Below are positions 9,926 to 22,100 of a stretch of DNA of 64,000 bases, piece after piece (positions within the stretch are counted from its first letter, which is position 1; every line of letters begins with the position of its first letter). The notes below the pieces were generated by a model. The model worked only from the letters and a program-made list of their open reading frames with translations. It was not told the DNA's origin and did not search any database. The stretch is from Shigella phage B2. Location: sequence record OM858838. One strand, written 5' to 3'. The position numbers and the translations under genes were made by a program.

Positions 9926-10653
9926 TGTCAGAACCAATTAAAGACCTAGTCTTAATTGCAGGTGCATCATCATCTGGTAAATCAGCTTCATTGATGAATC
10001 TGGAAGACCATCCGGGAGTGATGTATCTAAACTGTGAATCTGGTAAACGTCTGCCATTTCCAAACAAGTTTGATAAGTATGTAATCACTGACCCACTACA
10101 AGTGTATGAAGCATTTGATGCTGCTGAGACTATGCCTCACATTCATACCATTGTAGTTGATTCAATTACATTCCTGATGGATATGTTTGAATCCCTTTAT
10201 GTTATTGGTTCAGCCAATACCATGAAAGGTTGGGCTGATTACAATCAGTTCTTTAAGAATCTGATGCAGGTTAAGGTAGCCAAATCTACCAAACGAGTAA
10301 TCTTTACTGCTCATACTCTGTCTCAGTTAAATGAGAATGAGATGATTGTAGAAACCAAAGTTCCAGTGAAAGGTGCACTGAAGAACCAAGGTATTGAAGC
10401 TTACTTTACCTGTATTGTTTATGCCAAGAAGATGCAGCTTAAGCATCTGAAGCCTTATGAGAATGACCTATTGGTTATTACTCCAGAGGAAGAAATCCTT
10501 GGCTATAAGCATGTCTTCCAAACTTGTATCACCAAAGATACTGTCCATGAACGTATTCGTTCTCCACGCTTTATGTGGAAGATGAATGAAAGTTTCATCG
10601 ATAACGATGTAACTAAAGTACTTGGTCGTATCAAAGAATTTTACGAAGAATAA
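9926..10653 (+). CDS. P-loop ATPase (RecA-like; replication/recombination)
   Basis: Walker A GASSSGKS, Walker B IHTIVVDS; start set at ATG 9926 after AGGAG RBS (track start 9811 overlaps upstream gene). Confidence 0.45.
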
Positions 10654-10662
10654 GGAACAAAT

Positions 10663-11406
10663 ATGTCTCTGTTAAAAAATCTGGAAACTAAAGCTGGCAT
10701 CGAAGGTGAAAAGGATATTCTGGGCGGTGATGGTGCTCTTGAATCAGGTCTGTATGACCTGACTATCAAAGTAGCATACGTCACTACCTCTAGTGGTGGT
10801 GCATTAGCTTTGAATACCGTATTTGACTATAACGGTAAAGAAGTACGTCAGCAGTTCTGGATGACTTCTGGTACTGCCAAAGGTGGCAAGAACACCTATA
10901 TCGATAAGAGAACTGGTAAAGAACAGTATCTCCCAGGATTCCTGACAGCTAATAGCTTGGCTCTCCTGACTGTTGGTAAGGAAATTAGCCAACTGGAGTT
11001 GGAAGAGAAAACCATCAAACTGTATGACTTTGATGCCAAAGGTGAAGTACCTACTAAAGTACAGGTATTCACTGAACTGACTGGTCAAACAATCACTGCT
11101 GGTGTACAGAAACAGACTGTTGATAAGAACATTGATTCTGGTCAGGTAGATGGGCAAGGTCAGAAAATCTATGTCCCATCTGGGGAGACTCGTGATATTA
11201 ACGAAGTTGTTAAGTTCTTCCGTGCAGATGATGGTCTGACTGTTCCTGAAATTGAAGCTCAGGTAACTGAAGCTAAATTTAAAAATGATTGGGATGCCAA
11301 GTATACTGGTAAAACCATCAATAAAGCCAAAGGCTCTAAAGATGGTGTAACAGCAGGTGCTCCATCAGCAGGAGCTAAACCTACTAAATCCCTGTTTGCT
11401 AAATAA
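10663..11406 (+). CDS. putative single-stranded DNA-binding protein
   Basis: 247-aa ORF at end of replication module, where N4-like phages place SSB; no motif proof. Confidence 0.3.
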   Translation: MSLLKNLETKAGIEGEKDILGGDGALESGLYDLTIKVAYVTTSSGGALALNTVFDYNGKEVRQQFWMTSGTAKGGKNTYIDKRTGKEQYLPGFLTANSLALLTVGKEISQLELEEKTIKLYDFDAKGEVPTKVQVFTELTGQTITAGVQKQTVDKNIDSGQVDGQGQKIYVPSGETRDINEVVKFFRADDGLTVPEIEAQVTEAKFKNDWDAKYTGKTINKAKGSKDGVTAGAPSAGAKPTKSLFAK

Positions 11407-11414
11407 GGATTTGT

Positions 11415-11660
11415 ATGGATTCTACAATTAGTTCAAATGACCATTTGCCTGTAATAATCATTAAGATTAAAGAGATTAAAACTTTCAAAGGTACATTTAC
11501 AATTATTCCTGAGAATGAAGAACAAACTGAGTTCGAAGTTCGTCCAGAATATATTGCTAAATTTGCACCGAAGGTTGGAGGCTACTATATAGTCTATGCA
11601 GGAGGGTACGAATCTTACTCAGAAGAAGACCCTACTCCACCTAAAGTTGAAATCCAATAA
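11415..11660 (+). CDS. hypothetical protein
   Basis: 81-aa ORF followed by terminator. Confidence 0.4.
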   Translation: MDSTISSNDHLPVIIIKIKEIKTFKGTFTIIPENEEQTEFEVRPEYIAKFAPKVGGYYIVYAGGYESYSEEDPTPPKVEIQ

Positions 11661-11665
11661 AAAAT

Positions 11666-11690
11666 AAGCCCTCATTAGAGGGCTTTTTTA
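11666..11690 (+). terminator. rho-independent terminator
   Basis: aagccctc-atta-gagggctt followed by T-run. Confidence 0.7.
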
Positions 11691-11703
11691 ATAGGTAAAT
11701 GGT

Positions 11704-11937
11704 ATGACAATCAAAGTAAGGATGTTCCAAAATGTTTCTGGTACAGCTTACCAGAAAGTGTCATATAAAATCATCCAAGGGATTGTAGAAAATCCACATG
11801 ACAAAGAGATTGATGTTCTTTTAACTGGATGGGAACATGCTTGTTCTAAATCATTAATGAGAACACAAATCTTACAGCAACTAGAATGGTTTAAGTCTCA
11901 GGGATACACTGTCATTTTTAATGACAAGAGACTATAA
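11704..11937 (+). CDS. hypothetical protein
   Basis: 77-aa ORF. Confidence 0.35.
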   Translation: MTIKVRMFQNVSGTAYQKVSYKIIQGIVENPHDKEIDVLLTGWEHACSKSLMRTQILQQLEWFKSQGYTVIFNDKRL

Positions 11938-11939
11938 CC

Positions 11940-12323
11940 ATGTACAAACTTATCGCTCCCCTCCGAGTACATAAATCCAAAGCCAAACTATTAAGTCTCA
12001 ATCTTAATGCTTATAGAAATGAGCATCATATGAGTCTTAATAATGCTAAGGCTAACTTTAAAAAGATTATGGAAGAACAGATTAGAGCACTACCTAAGTT
12101 CTCTAAGGTGCATCTTACCTATGTCTTTTATCCCGGAACCAAACATCTAAGTGATGTTGGTAATGCTTGTACCATAGTTGATAAGTTTTTTGCTGATGCT
12201 TTAGTCGAACTAGGGAAACTCCCAGATGACAATTATCTTTACATTCCTGAGTTGGTTTTTCGGATGGGGTCTATAGACCGCGAAAACCCTCGTGTAGAAA
12301 TCTTTATTAAGGAAATTGATTAG
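11940..12323 (+). CDS. hypothetical protein
   Basis: 127-aa ORF. Confidence 0.4.
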   Translation: MYKLIAPLRVHKSKAKLLSLNLNAYRNEHHMSLNNAKANFKKIMEEQIRALPKFSKVHLTYVFYPGTKHLSDVGNACTIVDKFFADALVELGKLPDDNYLYIPELVFRMGSIDRENPRVEIFIKEID

Positions 12324-12771
12324 TATGCAAATCACTCTGAACCAAGACGAAATCATGGAAGCCCTGAAAGATTATGCTTTCCGTGTAATCAATGTAGCTC
12401 CGGGCAATGATATCACTATCGACCTGAAAGCTGGTCGTGGTGAGAATGGCTATTCAGCCACTCTGGAAATCACTCCACAGCGTTTAACGGAATCACATGA
12501 CCCAAAGGGTCCTAATGTACGTGCAAGCTCCTCAGAAGGCTCTGTAGGCTTACGTACAGAAGTAATTGAACGTACAGTTGTTGAGCCAAGTAAGGGAATC
12601 CTGCGTGAGGTAGCTCCTGAACTTCCAGTTGAAGGTGAAACTGTAGTTGATACTGCTCCTACGGAGCCAGTGGACCCAGCAGCCCATCTGTCTGAAGAAC
12701 AGGTTGATGCTGAAGTTGATGAATTCTTAGCTATCCAGAATCCTACCAAATCACTCTTCGCACGTAACTGA
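12316..12771 (+). CDS. hypothetical protein (acidic C-terminus)
   Basis: 151-aa ORF. Confidence 0.4.
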   Translation: MISMQITLNQDEIMEALKDYAFRVINVAPGNDITIDLKAGRGENGYSATLEITPQRLTESHDPKGPNVRASSSEGSVGLRTEVIERTVVEPSKGILREVAPELPVEGETVVDTAPTEPVDPAAHLSEEQVDAEVDEFLAIQNPTKSLFARN

Positions 12772-12784
12772 TTAAGGAGCCAAG

Positions 12785-12931
12785 ATGAAAGCACTTAAAG
12801 CTGCTTTCATTACTGCTCTCATAGTAGGGGTCTTCTTTGCATGGCCCCTAGTATTAACAGTAGCTGTGATAGCAGGTATATTCTGGTTCATCTATATGGC
12901 TCTTAACCAAACAGAAGAGGAAGACGAGTAA
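12785..12931 (+). CDS. small membrane protein (48 aa)
   Basis: Strong RBS AAGGAG then ATG; hydrophobic MKALKAAFITALIVGVFFAWPLVL...; below the track's 60-aa cutoff. Confidence 0.4.
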   Translation: MKALKAAFITALIVGVFFAWPLVLTVAVIAGIFWFIYMALNQTEEEDE

Positions 12932-13158
12932 TGTATATCTGGCTTTTAATTGGCTTAGCTGTATCCATTTATGTAGTACATGGACCTAAGCTAGATAATG
13001 AAGAAGCAAAGAGAATCAGAAAGAATGTTAAATTAGCGTTCGAACGTGTGGCTCTATTCAGAGCTATTATGATTCCTGCATATATATTTTGGATGTGTGT
13101 GTTCTCTTTGATATGGCCTCTGATGATTTACATCAGATTCTTCTATAAAGATAAATAA
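12931..13158 (+). CDS. small membrane protein
   Basis: 75-aa hydrophobic ORF. Confidence 0.4.
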   Translation: MYIWLLIGLAVSIYVVHGPKLDNEEAKRIRKNVKLAFERVALFRAIMIPAYIFWMCVFSLIWPLMIYIRFFYKDK

Positions 13159-13162
13159 AATT

Positions 13163-13186
13163 AAGCCCCATCCTTGGGGCTTTTCT
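13163..13186. terminator. bidirectional terminator between convergent genes
   Basis: aagcccca-tcct-tggggctt with T-rich flanks on both strands, between + strand operon end and vRNAP stop. Confidence 0.6.
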
Positions 13187-13187
13187 T

Positions 13188-16100
13188 TTAGTACAAACTC
13201 ACCAGAGGGTGTACTGTAAGTCCATTCAATGCTGTACCCATCCCAACGTTATAACTCAGACTACCAGTTACTAAGTTGGCTTCAGTAATGTTAGGTAATC
13301 CAGATTCAACACTGTTACCAAACATCAGGAACAATGCTCTCAATGGATTCTCTCTAATCGTTCTCAGAATGATTTTCTGGATACGAATCTTATAGTTCAG
13401 GAACCAAGTTAAACCAATAGCATCCAGATAGAATCTGGTACGACTTGGTAACACATCATAGTTCACGAACTCATCCATCACTCTGTTAAGCGCACTGTCT
13501 TTATCCATTGGATTACTCTTACGAGTAGTCAAATGTTTATACAATGAATACTTAGCAACAAAGTCACCATACTGGATTGAACGGTTCAGTAAGAAGTACA
13601 CGTTACTATCTCTTGAAAGGGTAACTTCCTTAGCAACACGTTTAACACTATCTGGAATACCAGATGTGTATTCATCCATCTTATTAAGTAATTTATCTTT
13701 CAATGAATAGTTATCTTGCTGTCCTAAATCCTCTGCAATGGTAGGCAGTAAACCTGCTTTGATTAAATCAGCAACAGGGTTACGAGCCTGAGAATCTTTC
13801 AGTTCTGAAATCTTTCTCTGATATTCGTCAGCCATTTTAGGATTATGGTTTACAGCCAGATAGTGAGAATACTCGTTAATCAGTTTCTCATTCTTTCTGT
13901 ACTCCTCAGCAGCCAGTACAGCAGTAGACATATCCTTAGCCATAGTCACAGGGCTTACACCAACAGTAGCTAAGTGAACCATGTTAGAAACAATGTTCGC
14001 TGCTGATACAACTATTGAACGAACTACAATCCAATCCTTCATTTCCTTCACGAATTCCATCAGACCACGTTCACCAAGTCTCAGATAGCGAGCAGCATTC
14101 TTACCTAAGAAGGTTTCAGCAATGCTGGTGAAAGCTTTCTGGAACTCTTTAGAGTAACCAGTCTGACCAGTCCACATATTCAGTACAGAAGGTTCACGAT
14201 AACCAAATGCGTTATTCAGTAAATCCTTACGTACTTTAATCTTACCATCAGGCCAAATCTTCTTAGCTTGTTCCTTCATCTCAATAGGCATCAGTTCATA
14301 AATCTCTTTTAACTGATGGTCTGTAGAGTTCTCATCCATAGTAATGTATTGGTATGCCCTGCCTTCTCTGGCATCCTTCACATACATTTCATGGAGTCTC
14401 TGGAGCAACATTTCATTGTATCTGGCTGCCTGAATCTCCTCAGCAATACGACCTTCCCAAGCACCGATTACCTTAGTGAAATCATTATCTACATCCAAAT
14501 GTGCTTCTTTGTTAGCTCTAGGCATCTGATATGAGTAACCCATAATTGAACCAGCACGATTCAATACAGGTTGCATATATGAGTTATTGCCAGTAGGCAT
14601 AGGAGCATTTGCATCAAATAAATTATCAATACTGCTTCTCTTACGAGTAGATAAATTATTCTTCTCAGTAGCTCTCCATATACCCGGAGTCATAGCACCA
14701 TTCACAGTTCTACCTGTAATTGGGTTTACTCCACCTACGGTGTTTTGCAGGGTACTCATTACACCAGCAATCCAACGAGGTTCACCACCATTGTTTGAAT
14801 GGTAGTAATACATTGGTTCCTTGTTGGTATCCTGTGGGTCACGAGCAACCTGAGCACCTCTGGTATACCCTCTACGAGATAAGCTTGGTTCATCTTTAAT
14901 AGATGCAATAATCACTTTCTTGTTAGGGTCTGACAGAGTAGGAGTAAATCCTTTAATCCCAGCTAGTGCTTGGTTTTGACCAGACTTAGCTAACTCTGCA
15001 CCCTGCAAGCTTGAATAATATTTGAGAGTGAAAGTCATCCCATTATTATTTGGTTCACCTTTAGTCATCTCTCTATTAATCAAATTACTTACAGTAGCAA
15101 TATCAGTCTGAGATAACTCTTTCAGTGCTGCCAGAGAAGCCATAGTATCAACCAATTGAGTAACAGTATTAACTGTTGCATCATTAGGTCTAACTCTGCC
15201 AGTACCAATTAAACGAGCAATAGCTGCTGCGTTAGGTAACTGATAAGCCAGTGGACTAACTCCATGAACCATTTGTTTAGCTAATCCATATGCAGACTTA
15301 ATATAGAAAGGAGCATTCTGTGCACCTGCTGTCTGCAATTGAGATTCAATAGAAGCAATCTCTTTAGCCAGTTCAGTTGGATTGGTTAAGAGTTCATTCA
15401 GTCGTGCCAAGTCATATCCATTGGCAAACAGATAAGCCATATCAGTATTAGCAACTACTCTCTGAATAGCTTCTTTCTCTGTTTGGTTCAGGGATACAAA
15501 TGTACTCTCAATCATACCCGGAACCATCTCACGAATAATCTGACGTGCTCTATCAGCAGCCATATTCTTCTGAGTCAGTAAGGTATGAATGGTGCTATTG
15601 GTTTCGTTAGAACCAATGAACTCATTAATCAGTTCAGCAACAGTACCTAACTTGCCATTCTGGTGAATGGTCATATAAATGTTAGTGATAGCATCACGTA
15701 CATCCTGAGCATCTTGGTCATTGAATACTGCTGAACCAGCAGTGATACCAAATGCTACAGACTTAGGTACTTTCTTCTCTACCTTGAGTAACTGTCTACG
15801 GATAGTGTGACCAAAGGATTTGAGTTTATCCTGAGTAGTATCAGTGATTTTCTCTGCACCTCTAACCAATCTACCAAACAGATTGTCTCTGGCTTCACTA
15901 TCAACATGACTAATATTCTTAGCCAGTTTAGTTAAGCGAGAAGCAACGTCAGTATTACCCAAAGACTTAGTAGCCAAACCCGATAACCAAGTAAGAATGG
16001 CATTGGTTAAATCACCAATACGTTCTCTCAGAGTTGTAGCTGGAGTCTGTCTGGTACGCTTAACACTAATCTGAGAAAGTTTATTTCTCAGTTGTTCATT

Positions 16101-19100
16101 GGTTTCTGCCAGTGCAATGAAGTTAGCCAGTCTATTAGTACGACCAGTAGCATCAGTAGTCACAGCAGTGTTACCAAATACAGCATCATATCTTTGTTTA
16201 GCTAATGCCATTTCACTAGCTGAACGATTATTAGGGTCAGTTAAGAAGTCTTCTACTTTCAAGGTATCTCTGGCTTGTGCATACAAACTACGTGCAACCA
16301 GAACACTTGGAGAAAAGTTCTCTAAACCATACTTCATAGAAACTTGCAGCATCTTGAATACAAATGCTTCTTTCTCACTCATGTTAAAACCATGAGCAAT
16401 CAATGCATTTGGAGAGTTATCAATCTCTGGGTCGATACTATCTACCAGAAGTTTTTCCTGATAATGGTCTAAACCAGAGATTTGCTGACCAGTATTCTTA
16501 ATCACTTTAATGATATTTGACTGGAGATAATCCAGTGTATCAGTCAAATGATTCACATGGTCTTGCGTAGCTTTACCAGCATCCAGTTTATTAAACAGAG
16601 TTTCTGCATCTAATCTATTGATGTTATTAGCATTGGTTTGAGCATAGCTAGTTTCATCATTAGATTTAACCGGATTAGTAGAGTCAGTTAAAGCAACTGT
16701 ATGCCCTAACAGACGTGACCAGTAAGAGGTAACATCTGGATTAGAGCCAATAGCAAACAGGCGCTTAATAGAATCAGCTAACTGTTTGAGTACATTGGTA
16801 ACAGTCCCAGCAATAGTCTTCTGAGTCATTGCATCAATCATTCTTGGGTTAACTAATCCCCATGCAATAAACTCAGCAGTAGCTTGAGACATATTACCAG
16901 AAGCGATATGAGTATTAATCAGGTCTACTACAGCATCAGTTTCTGGATTGGTGCTTGAATATTCATTCACAAACTTATTCATCAATCCTTCAATTGAAGC
17001 TACTTCTACTCTCTGAGCAGGAGTAATTGCTTCTGGATTGCTGTAATAGTTATGAACAGTATCAGCAGTAGCAGCATGAATTAACTCATGCATTACTGTC
17101 TCAATAGACTGAGAACCAATATAGATGTTCTGGCCTTGTGTAAGACCCAAGAACGTGTCATTAAACTCAACCTTAGTATCAGGTGTCATTTCCTGTTGAA
17201 CGCCTGAGAGAGCTTCTGGTGAGCCTACATACACATTAATATCATTAGGGATAGAATTGATAATCTTATCCAGAATGAAACCAGTGATTCTATTCTGGCG
17301 AGAAGGCAGAGATTTAGCTGCCTCTCTTACAGCAGCAACCACATCACCTTTAGCCAGAACTTTAACACCTTCATGACCTTTTACAGTTCTACCATTTCTA
17401 TCCAGAGCCTCAGTCATCTGACGAGTAGGAGGAATGGTTACTCTACCTTTAGGTAGAGATACAGAATCCATAGTAGGTAATTCAGTATTGGCTACTAACT
17501 GTTCCAGAGGAGTTCTGGTATCAGTTGCTTCTCCATCAGTCTGTTTACCATTCTTAACATTGAATGGAATATTGGCACCAGTCATCTGGTTAATGGAGGT
17601 AATAGCCTCACCACCTAACAGACCTTGTTTAATAGCAGTCTGAGTAGCAGCTTCTCTCTTAAGCAGAGTAGTGAATGCTTCAACCACTTCTGGACTAGTA
17701 GGTGCATTAGTTTCATCAGCACCAATCATTTCCATAATTCCACGGAAAGACTGTTCCAGACGAACATCTGCTTCTGGACCTAATTCCTCTGCCAGATTCA
17801 CTCCATCCATTGCTTGCTCAAAACGGTTAGTGAAATCTTGCAGTAAATCGAATTCATTCCAGCTTTGCAGAACACCTTGGTTAATAGCCTGAGAACCAGT
17901 ATCCAAATGAGATACAGCATTGATGTAGCCATCGAATACGTTCAGAGCATTGTTAGGATTGATATCACGAGCAATAGCCTGCATAGCTGCTTCTACAGAC
18001 TGAACCAGTAAAGGCATTACACGAGTACCCGGTTCAGTATAAGTAGGCATATCTACACCGAAGGTAGAACGACGCATCTTACCATCCAGTTCTCTACGTC
18101 CTCTGGATTCCATTCTGTGTACGTCAGATGGAACACGCCCTTCCTCACTCAGAAGAATACCTTCATTCAGCTTTTCAACATCTAAGTTGTTAGCAGTAAA
18201 CCAAGAATTGAAGATTGGCATTGAACCAATCAAGTAATTCTTAATGTCGTTGTACTGCTGCTGAGATAGAGATTCATATTTAGATAACTTACCTTCTTTA
18301 CGAAGTTCAGTTTCTAATCTCTCTACTTCTTTATTCCAACGAGACATGAATACTTCATGCATTACAGCAGCAGCATAGACCATCATCTTGCCACGATTAA
18401 CTACAGTACCAAATTCATTAGCAATGGATTCGTTTACTGCTGCACCAATACCAATCTTGATGTTCTGAGTAATAGCTTCGATTTGTTCACCGTCAAATTC
18501 AAACATAGTCACATCCTGACCTAAGTTGATAGGTGAACCAATCTGAACCCAAGAACCATTTCTGAATACCCGAGCAGTAGTCAGTTCATTAGTTGTATTA
18601 GTTAAGTCATTGATGTGTTCAATAGCAGCATCACGTTCTTCCTGATTAGTAGCTGCATCAACTGCTCTCAATGCTTCTGTGATTGCTTCGTAATATCCAT
18701 TAGCAATACCCATAGCAATCTTTCTATTGATTGCAGTAGCACCGCCTGAATAAACAGTTACTGTTACTGGATTCTTAAGTAAACCTCGACCAATCTGAAT
18801 TGGATGGTCTACATTTTCACCTTCAACAATATTCACATCACCAATCAGTTTGGATGCAGCAAGAGTAACCCTCATCTGATTCTTCAGACGTTCAATTTCA
18901 CGCATTTCTTTTTGCTGGAATTGACGTGGTTTATTCTTCATTGCAGCAATTCGGTTAGGAATATTTCTAACTGAATCCATCATTCTATTGATGTATTGCT
19001 GACTATCAGCAGCAGCAGTCTTATACAGGTCTAAGAATCCCGGTTCTTCAGCAGCATCATTATACAGACGGTCAGACTGCCCATAGAAGAAACCGCCCTT

Positions 19101-22100
19101 CTCCAATTTATTCAGTAAGTCCTGGTTCACATCTTTCAAACCAAGCTGAACAATGGAGTTAAATGGTCCATTAGTAACACCATCAAGCTCCAGCATTACA
19201 TGAGTCTGGAATGAGGTCTTACCTTGTTCTACAGCCAGTTCATATTGAGCCTGTGCATACAGAGCATGGAGAGTCTTAGTCTTCTCCTTACCTGCTTTAA
19301 CAGCCTGCAACAAAGTCTCAGCATCACTATCACTGATGGCATCCTGATTCTCAGCAGCTTTAAGGATATCGATAGCATCTCTGAACAGACCAGTACTGAT
19401 AGCTTTATTCAGTCTATCTCTGGCTGTTTCAGAAGACAGCTTATCAACAGCAATATCTAAGCCCTGAGCAATTGCATAATCAAGGAATGCACCATGCTGA
19501 GGGTTATTCAGTTCAATGGTAGATGGTTCAACAGTAACCAGTTCACGATGTAATTTAGCTGACTGAGGATTCAGGTCACCAGAGTTAAGCATCATACGGA
19601 AGTTACTGATTACGTTATAACCAAAGTAAACAGGAGTGGTAGCCAAAGGTAATCCAGCTTCAACCATTCTAGTTAAACCATTAACCAGAGTATTTATATC
19701 TCTTTCAATGGTACGGTTAGAACCCTGAATAGATTTCAGGTGAGCACCGTTAGTATTCTCTTCTGACTGAATGCCTAACATTCTACCAATCCACTGAGTA
19801 CCTAACTTATCAAGCATCAGGTCATGCAGACCCATGTTAATGAAGTGAGGTTGTTTGCTAGCTTTGTTACGAGCAGCAAGCATCTTCTCAGGGATATCCT
19901 GACCACCACCATTCTTAACTTTAGTGCTTTGACCTTTTGGTGGAGTACCAAAGTATGCACCTGCTCTTTCTCTCTGAGGATTAGTCAGTTGACCTAACAG
20001 GTCATTAGAATTCTGCATCAATTCTACTAAACGAGTAGCAGCAGGAGACTCTTCATTCATACGAATGAATACACGAGAGTTCTTCATGTTTGAGTCATTT
20101 ACTTTAGTAGAACCAACAGCAGCTAATTCAGAGTTTTTAACAACTGATTCCTGAACCAGATTAGCATTAATCATTACGTTCAATACTTCAGATGCCATTG
20201 CTTTAGACACAGCATCACGTACAGAGATAGGTGCATTAGGGTCTGCATTGATACCTAATACTCCAAAGATTTCTCTGCTTAAATCATCAATAACATTCTG
20301 ACGGTCAGTACCAACGTTACGCAGTAAGTCAGTCTGTTCTACAGTTGGCCTAGTCTTGTTATCTAAACCAAGAATATCCATTACTGTACGGTCATCATTG
20401 AATGTAGTTTCAGATGCATTACGTACAAACCACTGCATCATTCCAGCAGTCATTGCTTCAATTACTGGCTGCGGTAAGAAGTAAACATTCTCACCATTGA
20501 TGTTTCTAACTTCATCAAAGTACTCAACAGGATAAGTTTCCCAGAAGATACGCTGACCTTCAGGAGTTAATTTACCCCAAGACTGAATCAGAGATTGTTC
20601 AATAGCAGGGACTAAACCAGCAAACTGACGAAGTACATTTACTTCTTTCTCAGTTACTTGTTCTGGTTTGATATAACCTTTAAACAGATTCTGAATCTGA
20701 GTAATAGGATTAGAACCATTAGTAAAGATGCTATTAAGTCTCCCAGAGAAATTAGAAGTTCTCAGGAAAGCTGAACGTTTACCGGTAGGTTTAAACCATT
20801 TCTTAACTTGGTTTGTAGCTTGATATTCTTTATCTACATCAGAAGTAGACTTAGCATCAGAGCGTATTGTCTCTGCTTGCAGTCCATTCAGAATGTCATA
20901 GTTAACACCTTTCTCTGAACCAAGGTCTAATTGAGACTCATCCATCAGGTCAGTTTCTACATCAGTAGGTTTTTCCTGTAACTGGATATCAGATTCTACA
21001 GTATCTGGTTTCTCAAACAGTTCACCCTGTACAGGTTCAGTACGTACAGCTTCCTCAGACGCTACTGGCTGAGTTATTTCAGGCTGTACTGGTGTTTGTA
21101 CCTCTTCCTGAGAAGTCTGCTCAGAAGTCTCTACAGGAGCTTCTACAGTAGTCTGCTGAGATACAGGTTGAGGGAAAGTATTCCTGACGTGGTTCAGGAA
21201 ATCAGTACGTGCCTGAGAAGGTGTAGCCCATACTTCACGAGTACTACGTAAACTGAAGATATGCCCATCTGGTGTCATAACGTAAGGTACATTAGTGTCA
21301 CCATAATTAAAGGAAGACAGAACATCCTGTTTACCAGTAACTGTGTCCTCTCCAGGAATAATAGTAGTTTTACCACCATTAACCGGAACGGCACGAATAC
21401 CCCCCATGTCTTTACCAATAGCAATATAGTCTTTGCCATTATAGGTAAAGTACTGACCTAACTGCATATACAGTGCCTGCTGCTGTCCAGTAAATTCAGC
21501 AGATTTCATCTCAGGACCGGCAGGGATACCACTAGAAGTAGTCTGCTGAGGAGCTGGTTTAGTTTCTTTTTTAACAGGTGCAGATTCCTGAGTCTGGTTG
21601 TTCACTTCTTCAGAAGCAACAGGAGCAGACTGTGCAGGGATATCTACAGGTTTACCATCTACCAGTTGACTGGTAAGGGTATGAGCCAGTCTTACTGCAT
21701 CAGCATCATTACGAATCTCTTGGATTAATCCTTTAGAACGTACCGGATGGTACGTCATTGGATTTCCATCGAGAGACAGGTATGGCTGACCAGTAGTAGG
21801 ATTAATTACTTCTACAGGTTGATTTCCAGTAAAGTTCTGAGCAGCTTGGTCAAAGGCAGCAGCCTTAGTTTCCATATGTTCAGCAAAGCGATTCAGGTGG
21901 TCTAACAGACCCTGAGCACGAGCAGTATCACCTAATGATAATGCACGGAAGATACCTTGCTGATATTGCTGGATACCAATAAAGCCATCCGAACCTTCAC
22001 GTACATCTTTACCTACTTGGCTCATAGCCTTACCAGTAGCAGAGATGACCTTAAGTTTATCCACATCCTGCTGACTTAAACCAAGAGTATCAGCAGAGTT